Below are positions 57,594-64,000 of a stretch of 64,000 nt of DNA, one piece after another. Under the pieces are notes generated by a model. The model searched no databases and was not told the origin of the DNA. It saw only the letters and a list, made by a program, of their open reading frames with translations. Position 1 is the stretch's first letter, and every line of letters begins with the position of its first letter. Made by a program: the position numbers and the translations under genes. The stretch comes from Azolla caroliniana (taxonomy: Eukaryota; Plantae; Polypodiophyta), in NCBI GenBank assembly GCA_043228905.1, contig JBHGNT010000001.1, positions 20,336,001 to 20,400,000 of the forward strand, given 5' to 3'.

Positions 57594-60500
57594 TGTTACC
57601 GCCTGGCAAAGGAGTCCAAAGTGTTAAATGAAGGAGTTATTTAATTATTAAGGAGTGGTTGTAAGTAAGCTATTAGTGTGGACGGACGGACCGGAATCGG
57701 TATGCCGTTCCGGATCCGGACTAATCCCAAACAAGTGCGGATGGCACCGTTTTGTACTACAAACTGGAAACCTATTTAAAGGCCCGGATACAATGTAATG
57801 AGTAGCGGTTAATTAATGAAGCTTAGTGTTTTATCTCTCTGTGTTAATTGCCGTTCTGCATTCATTGTTATATCTTACGCGTGCGATTATTAAGGACGAT
57901 ATTGCTAAGTAAACTAATTAAGTCGGATTAATCGTTGAGCCTAATCCTCTTGTCGTAACACCCCTTTGGTGAAGTGTCTTCCGTAGACACCCTGTGTTAG
58001 GCCATTGTCCGGCCCTAAGAGTTAACACAGTTTTTGGCGACCACGATTCCTGTTTTTGCAGCGAATGACGACATGAATGGATGACTAGATCAACGCACGA
58101 CCTGGTTACAGATCGAACTCGATGCCTTGCTGAAAGGCAAAGGAGACGTGAGGCTTTCCAGCAAGCGGCGCAGGAAATTACAGCGGATCACTCGTTTTCC
58201 AACGTAATCTAGAGAGTAGTGGAGGAGTCCCTTCGGTTACAGCAAACATCGCACCCGGACGACAGCAACAACCTAATAAGCCTCCGGGAAACCGAATCCC
58301 TTCTCCAGGCGTTGGCAAGCGGAGAAGGCGAAGCAAAAGCCTTTTCAGCGTATGAATCAGATTCCGAAGGGGGATACAACGTGCACACGAACTACCGTAG
58401 CAGCAACGACACCCCGGGCGGACCGGAGGATGAAGGATCGGACACCTTATCGACACCGGAACCGGAAGCGCTAAGGCTGGAACCTCCGGAACCAGAAGCA
58501 GAGCAAGAGCGACCTCCGACACCGGAAGTCGAGGAGGAGAGGCCTCCGTCACCAAAAGAAGAGGAAAGACTACCGACGCCGGAGACAAATCAGGAACGAC
58601 CACCAACACCACCAGCCCGCGCACCGATACCGGACAACGATATGTCGTTCCAGTACTCCAAGTATAGAGATGATCCGGACGCGGAAGCTCATGTTCACGC
58701 CTTTGAACAGACATGGGAAGCAAACCATGTGTCCCAGCGATTGACCCCGGAGGAAGAGGAACGCTCTAAGATAGCGGAATTTGGCATCACATTGGAAGGA
58801 CCGGTAGCAAGATGGCGTCGGACGCAAGACCCGTCTACCATCACCACCTTCGCAGATTTAAAAGCTAAATTCTTGAATTTTTTCCAAAGGGAGGTGGATC
58901 AGACAGTAATGGTGGGCTTGTTTTATACCATCTGACACGAGGCAGGGGAGAGCATTCCCCAGTTTGTCATCCGGTTTCAACGGATGCATAGTCAGCTTGC
59001 CTGCGCACCCCCGAAGGAGGAATTACGGACTATATTCCTAAATGCGCTCCGGGAACCCCTACGCATGGTTTGCACGGTAATTGACTTCCGCGCAAGTACC
59101 ATCGACCAGGTCATTGACCGGGTGAGAGAGATGGAAAAGACAAGCTCTTGGCTCACACTGGGAGCACTCCAACGGGCGTTACCGTCCGATGAAGACCTCC
59201 GGTTTCAGCAAGCAATACAGTGCACAACCTGCTTGAATTCCAGACATTCGGCACTAGAATGCACTATGAGGACGCAATGTGTAATCTGTCAATCGAAGGG
59301 CCATACGACGGATAGGTGCGAGTATAATCTATTGAACCGACAAGCACCACCCGTCCGACAAATAGAGCCACGCAGCAGCCGGGATGAAGAAGAGGAACGC
59401 TGGCGGCGAATGGACCGCGACCGATTGGCACAGGATGCCCGGTATGGCAATCGACGGGAGAATGATGTCTGGTACGTTGATCGGCGGGATAACTACGACC
59501 GGTACGATAGAGATGATCAGTACCGGGATTACAATAGATGATACGAACATTACGACCAGGAGCACTCCCCTGGGTATCGTCAGCAACGGGAGGAATACGG
59601 CAGATATAACGACCAACCTCGTCAAGAGTACTGCAATAAGAAGAACTATAACAAAAAACGGCATTTCAAAAAAGGCGGCCACCCACGGGATCCGGAACAA
59701 GGAGCTTCAAGCAGCCAACCGGCCCAAAACCCCGCGCTTACCACGGGACTTGCCTCGGGTACAACAGACAATGCCGAATCCAGCAATACCCGGAAAGCCT
59801 ACTGCTACTACTGTTGACAGGAAGGCCATTATAGTAATCAATGCCCGGCGAAGAGCTATGACAAACGACCGACAGTAAATATGGTAGTCCCTGAAGTGGC
59901 AGATCTGCAGCAGGTGACCACAAGGTCAAAGGGCATGGCCAAGGAATGGAAGACGCAGGAGACCATCCGGAAGCAAGCGACGGAATGGGTGAAGAAAGCA
60001 AACGAGCAAAACGTAATAGACTTACATCGGCAAAAGGAGAACACCGTAGGGCTTGCCGGCGGCAGTCACTCCGAGAACAAGACATGGCAGGCGTTGCAAG
60101 AATGCCAGATTACGCTGCCACTAGAAAGACTCCTACAGCTCGTGCCGAGATTCACGGAAGGACTGAAGACAACCATGACGGAAGGAGAATCATCACCGGC
60201 ACCGGTACTCTTCTCGAATCCGGAGGAGGGACCAACGGTGGTGGACACCAACAATCCGGTAATTACCGCCATTGTAAAAGGGAAAGAACTCCCCGACACA
60301 GTAATAGACGGAGGCTCCAGTGTGAATGTCATAAGCCTCCGGACGTGTGATGACCTGGGAATCCACGAGTGGGAGCCATGTCCGTTCTGGTTACGGATGG
60401 CCGATACAAGCTCAATGCGGCCGACAGGATTAATACGAAAATTAGAAGTCACCGTTGGCGGTCATACATTTCACATCTCGGCAGTAGTGCTACAATTACA

Positions 60501-63500
60501 GGCACAAGGCGCGTACGCGCTATTGCTGGGGCGGCCGTGGTTGAAAACGGCACATATCAAACAGAATTGGAGGAAAAATATAATTACCTTCCGGCGAGGA
60601 AAAGCCAAGGTACGTGTACCAACACAACCAAGGACGAGCACTAGCAAGGAATGTACACCATTGTATGCAGAGTGCATCAACATGCTAGAAGGGTTAGTAG
60701 ACGAAGAAGAAGCCCAGTACTTGCAGGAAAACCCGAAGATTGTACCCCTCTTCGAAATTGACATTGTCGAAGCAGTAGCACCATACTTACCGCATCCAGA
60801 AGAGACTGAAGCAGAACCGGATAAGGACGCAATCCCAAAGTTACGGCAAGCGCAGGAAGCGTTGGAACGGGAAATGGCCGTTTCATAGCGCGTAAAAGCG
60901 TCGCAACTTGAAGAGGTGAACCTAGGGACCACAGACGAAGCAAAACCGGTGCACATCGCCAAGGAGATGAGGTCCGACGACAAAATGGTGATGATCACAC
61001 TTCTCACGGAGTTTTGCGACGTGTTTGCCTGGTCATACAAAGACATGCGAGGGCTCGACCCTCAGTTATACCAGCATCAGATTCACTTGAGCAAGGACGC
61101 AAAACCAATGGCACAAAGACGGTACCGGATGAATCCCAATTATGCCGCCAAAGTCAAGGAGGAAATCGACAAACTGCTAAGAGTTGGCTTTATCCGTCCG
61201 GTAAAGAAAGTGACATGGCTGAGCCCGATTGTAGTCGTACCGAAGAAGAACGGAAAAATTCGAGTTTGTGTGGACTACCGGAAACTCAATGCGGCTACGC
61301 TAACGGATGCGTTTCCACTTCCGTTCACAGATGGAGTGTTGGATGTCGTCGCCGGCCATGAGGTCTATAGCTTTCTAGATGGATTCAACGGGTATAATCA
61401 GATCTGGATGCACCCCGACGACCAAGAGAAAATGGCTTTCGTCATCGAATGGGGGGTGTTTGTGGCCATGGTGATGATGTTCGGACTCAAAACGGCACCG
61501 GCAACATTCCAACGAATCATCATGGAAATCGTTGGTGAATATATCCCGGAAACCCTACTAGGACATATTGTGAGCCAGGAAGGCATTGCAATTGACCCGG
61601 ACAAAGTGAAAGCCATATTAGAAGCACCGGCGCCGGTAACGGCAAAGGCATTGAGCCAGTTCTTAGGCCAGATCCGGTGGCACAACCGGATGCTCCGATA
61701 CTTGGCCGACCTGGCTACACTATTGCATGCCGCGGTACATCGAACACCATTCCAGTGGACGGACACCGAGGATAGGGCGTATACGGCCCTCAAGGTACTA
61801 TTGTCACAAGCACCGGAAGTGCAGCCTTCGGATTGTAGTAAAGAATTTCATGTGTTCGTGGACGCCTCCGACATCGCAATCGGAAGCGCACTGATGCAGC
61901 TTACGGAGCCAAAGTGGTACCGGCTAGTGTACTATGCCAGCCGAAAGCTATCCCAAGAGGAACGGAACTACTCTACCACAGAACGGGAAGCTCTAGGGAT
62001 GATCTACAGTGTGACAAAGTTTCGGCATTATTTATTGGGAAGGAAGTTTCCCTTCCCTGTAGATCATTCGGCACTCCTCTACCTGGTGTCCAAGGCGTCA
62101 CTCACCGGTAAGTTGGCCCGGTGGACCTTTCTGTTACAGGAATTCGAGTTTGAAATATTCCACCGACTCGGTATAAGCATGCCGTAGCGGATTATTTAAG
62201 CCGACTAGAGTCCAGAGAGATGGGCGACGGAGTAGCGGACGAGTTTCCGGATGCGGAGCTGTTTCGAGTCACTACGGAAACGGCAGCAGATGAGACGGTG
62301 GCACAGGAAGACAAGTGGCTCACAAATATGCACCAGTTTCTGAGCACATGACTGCCTCCGGAGGAGATGAACCGGGACGAAAGGAAACGCCTGGCGGTGC
62401 AAAGCCGACATTTCTGCTTACTTCGAGACACACTTTACCACAAGGGCGCGGACGACATTTGGAGACGGGCTGTGCGCAACGATGAAAAGGACCTCATACT
62501 GAGGGAATCCCACTGCGGAGTTGCCGGAGGTCACTATGCCGGAGATGCGACGGCTAGGAAAATATGGCAAAGTGGCCTATGGTGGCCAACTACATTAAGA
62601 GATGTTGTACGGTACGCAAAAGAATGTGACCTATGCCAGCGAATGGGCCAGCCAACGGAGCAAGCTCGGATGCCACACCAGCCTGTACTACCACTCGAAC
62701 CATTCCAAAAGTGGGGGCTGGAATTTGTTGGACCGTTCAAACCACCCGCAATGAGAACAGGTAATCGGTACGTCATCGTCGCGACGGATTACTGCACGAA
62801 ATGGGTGGAGGCCAAAGCCTTAAGAGACAACACCGCTGCATCAACGACAAAATTTCTATACGAATACATCTGGTGCCGTTACGGATGCCCAATCGAATTA
62901 ATAAGCGACCAAGGGGGGCACTTTCTCGGCCAAGTAGTTGAAAGCCAGACGACATTCTATGCCGTTGTCCATAAATGGAGCACACCGTACTATCCGCAAG
63001 CAAACGGGTTAGCTGAGTCGACGAACAAAACGCTCCAGAATATCCTCTGGAAGATCGTCAACAAAAACCGAACGGATTGGGATACCAAGCTACATAGCGC
63101 GCTTTGGGCATACCGGACAGCATACAAAATGAGCATCCAAACAACACCGTTCCGGTTAGCGTTCGGACTAGAGGCGGTCATGTCGGTGGAATTCCAAGTA
63201 CCAAGCTTACGGATCCAGCTACGGGAACGGCTGAACGAGAAGGAGTCAGAGGCAATACGCTTAACAACGTTGTGTGAACTCGAGGAACAACGACTGGCAA
63301 GCATCCTGCACTTAGAATTGGAACAACGGTGACGGAAAGCATTTGTCGACCGACACAAGAAAGGAAATGAAAAAATGTTCGCAATCAGCAAGCCTGTGTT
63401 AGTATTCCAGACCCGGATGGGCAAGATGCCGGGTAAACTATGGTTTAGATGGACCGGCCCGTATTGGCTGACACGTGAGTATAATGGGTCCTACCAGTTT

Positions 63501-64000
63501 GGGACACTTGTCGGTGAAGTGCTAGGCAAATGGGTCAACAGATTCAGATTGAAGCCATATAGAGGACCGATGCCCAAGAACCTATTTGAGCAAAGGACCG
63601 ACACCGGATTGGGAACCGGTGCGGAAACGGCAACCTGTGAGGGAAACGTAATGAGGCCGGTAAGAGTCCGATAGGACCAACGGACAAGTAACCTCACATA
63701 GTCTACATTTAAATAAAAAAAAAGAAGCGAAGTAATCATGCAAAAACGAGGTATGAACGAACAAGAGAGCGAGGAGCGAAAAGGTACGTAGTGGGCATTT
63801 AAGCGCCGCCACAGGACATAATGCTATTTTAGTACACGACGTGCACACGCTCGAAAAAGGTGCCAGAATGCACAGAGAAAAACCACAGCGCATGGAGACC
63901 TTATACTTTCGCGAACCCAGGAGCACAGAAGCACCAAGGCGTTGGAAGATCACCAGATGAGAACCTACCCACAGAGAACCCCCGCTTTCTGAACTCTCTC
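57594..64000 (+). mobile_element. Athila-like Gypsy 'J' (relative of D); 3' end outside window
   Basis: 5' LTR TGTTA...TAACA 57594-58027; PBS TGGCGACCAC 58035-58044 (tRNA-Arg-like, from recall); gag-pol collinear with D. Confidence 0.93.
58065..63674 (+). pseudogene. pol: J gag-pol, decayed
   Basis: ORFs 58219-58935, 58984-59541, 59881-60888 (VIDGGS), 60916-62187 (RT/RH), 62367-63332 (INT), 63375-63674. Confidence 0.95.

Overview
The window is almost entirely a pile of decayed, nested LTR retrotransposons. I see no host gene, rRNA, intact tRNA gene or CRISPR array. Many stops are TGA/TAG/TAA at expected Arg/Gln/Trp codons, as in methylated plant heterochromatin. The element mix (Tcn1-like chromoviruses, Athila-like and Copia elements) suggests a non-seed land plant such as a moss or fern; this is inference. 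About 13 insertions can be resolved. (1) Copia-1 (1-7226) is interrupted by a permuted Gypsy 'A' (1373-5282). (2) An old Athila-like 'K' (~7380-11630) hosts the stack Copia-B > Copia-C > Athila-like D > chromovirus E > chromovirus F. (3) An unassigned ~1 kb segment lies at 41734-42760. (4) Copia-I is interrupted by chromovirus H, whose two LTRs are hit by Gypsy G (inverted LTRs, carrying a solo LTR) and Athila-like J. The most notable signals follow. A tRNA-like Pol III A/B-box module with tRNA spacing lies antisense in the U3 of three LTR families, plus one orphan copy. E and F carry heat-shock-element arrays, Tf1-type self-priming and a -1 frameshift pseudoknot. The Athila-like family has a conserved ~950-1000 aa third ORF of unknown function. 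Both copies of the 'FLDD' Gypsy lineage have non-canonical terminal structure. Coordinates were read by eye and clade names are motif-based, not tree-based.
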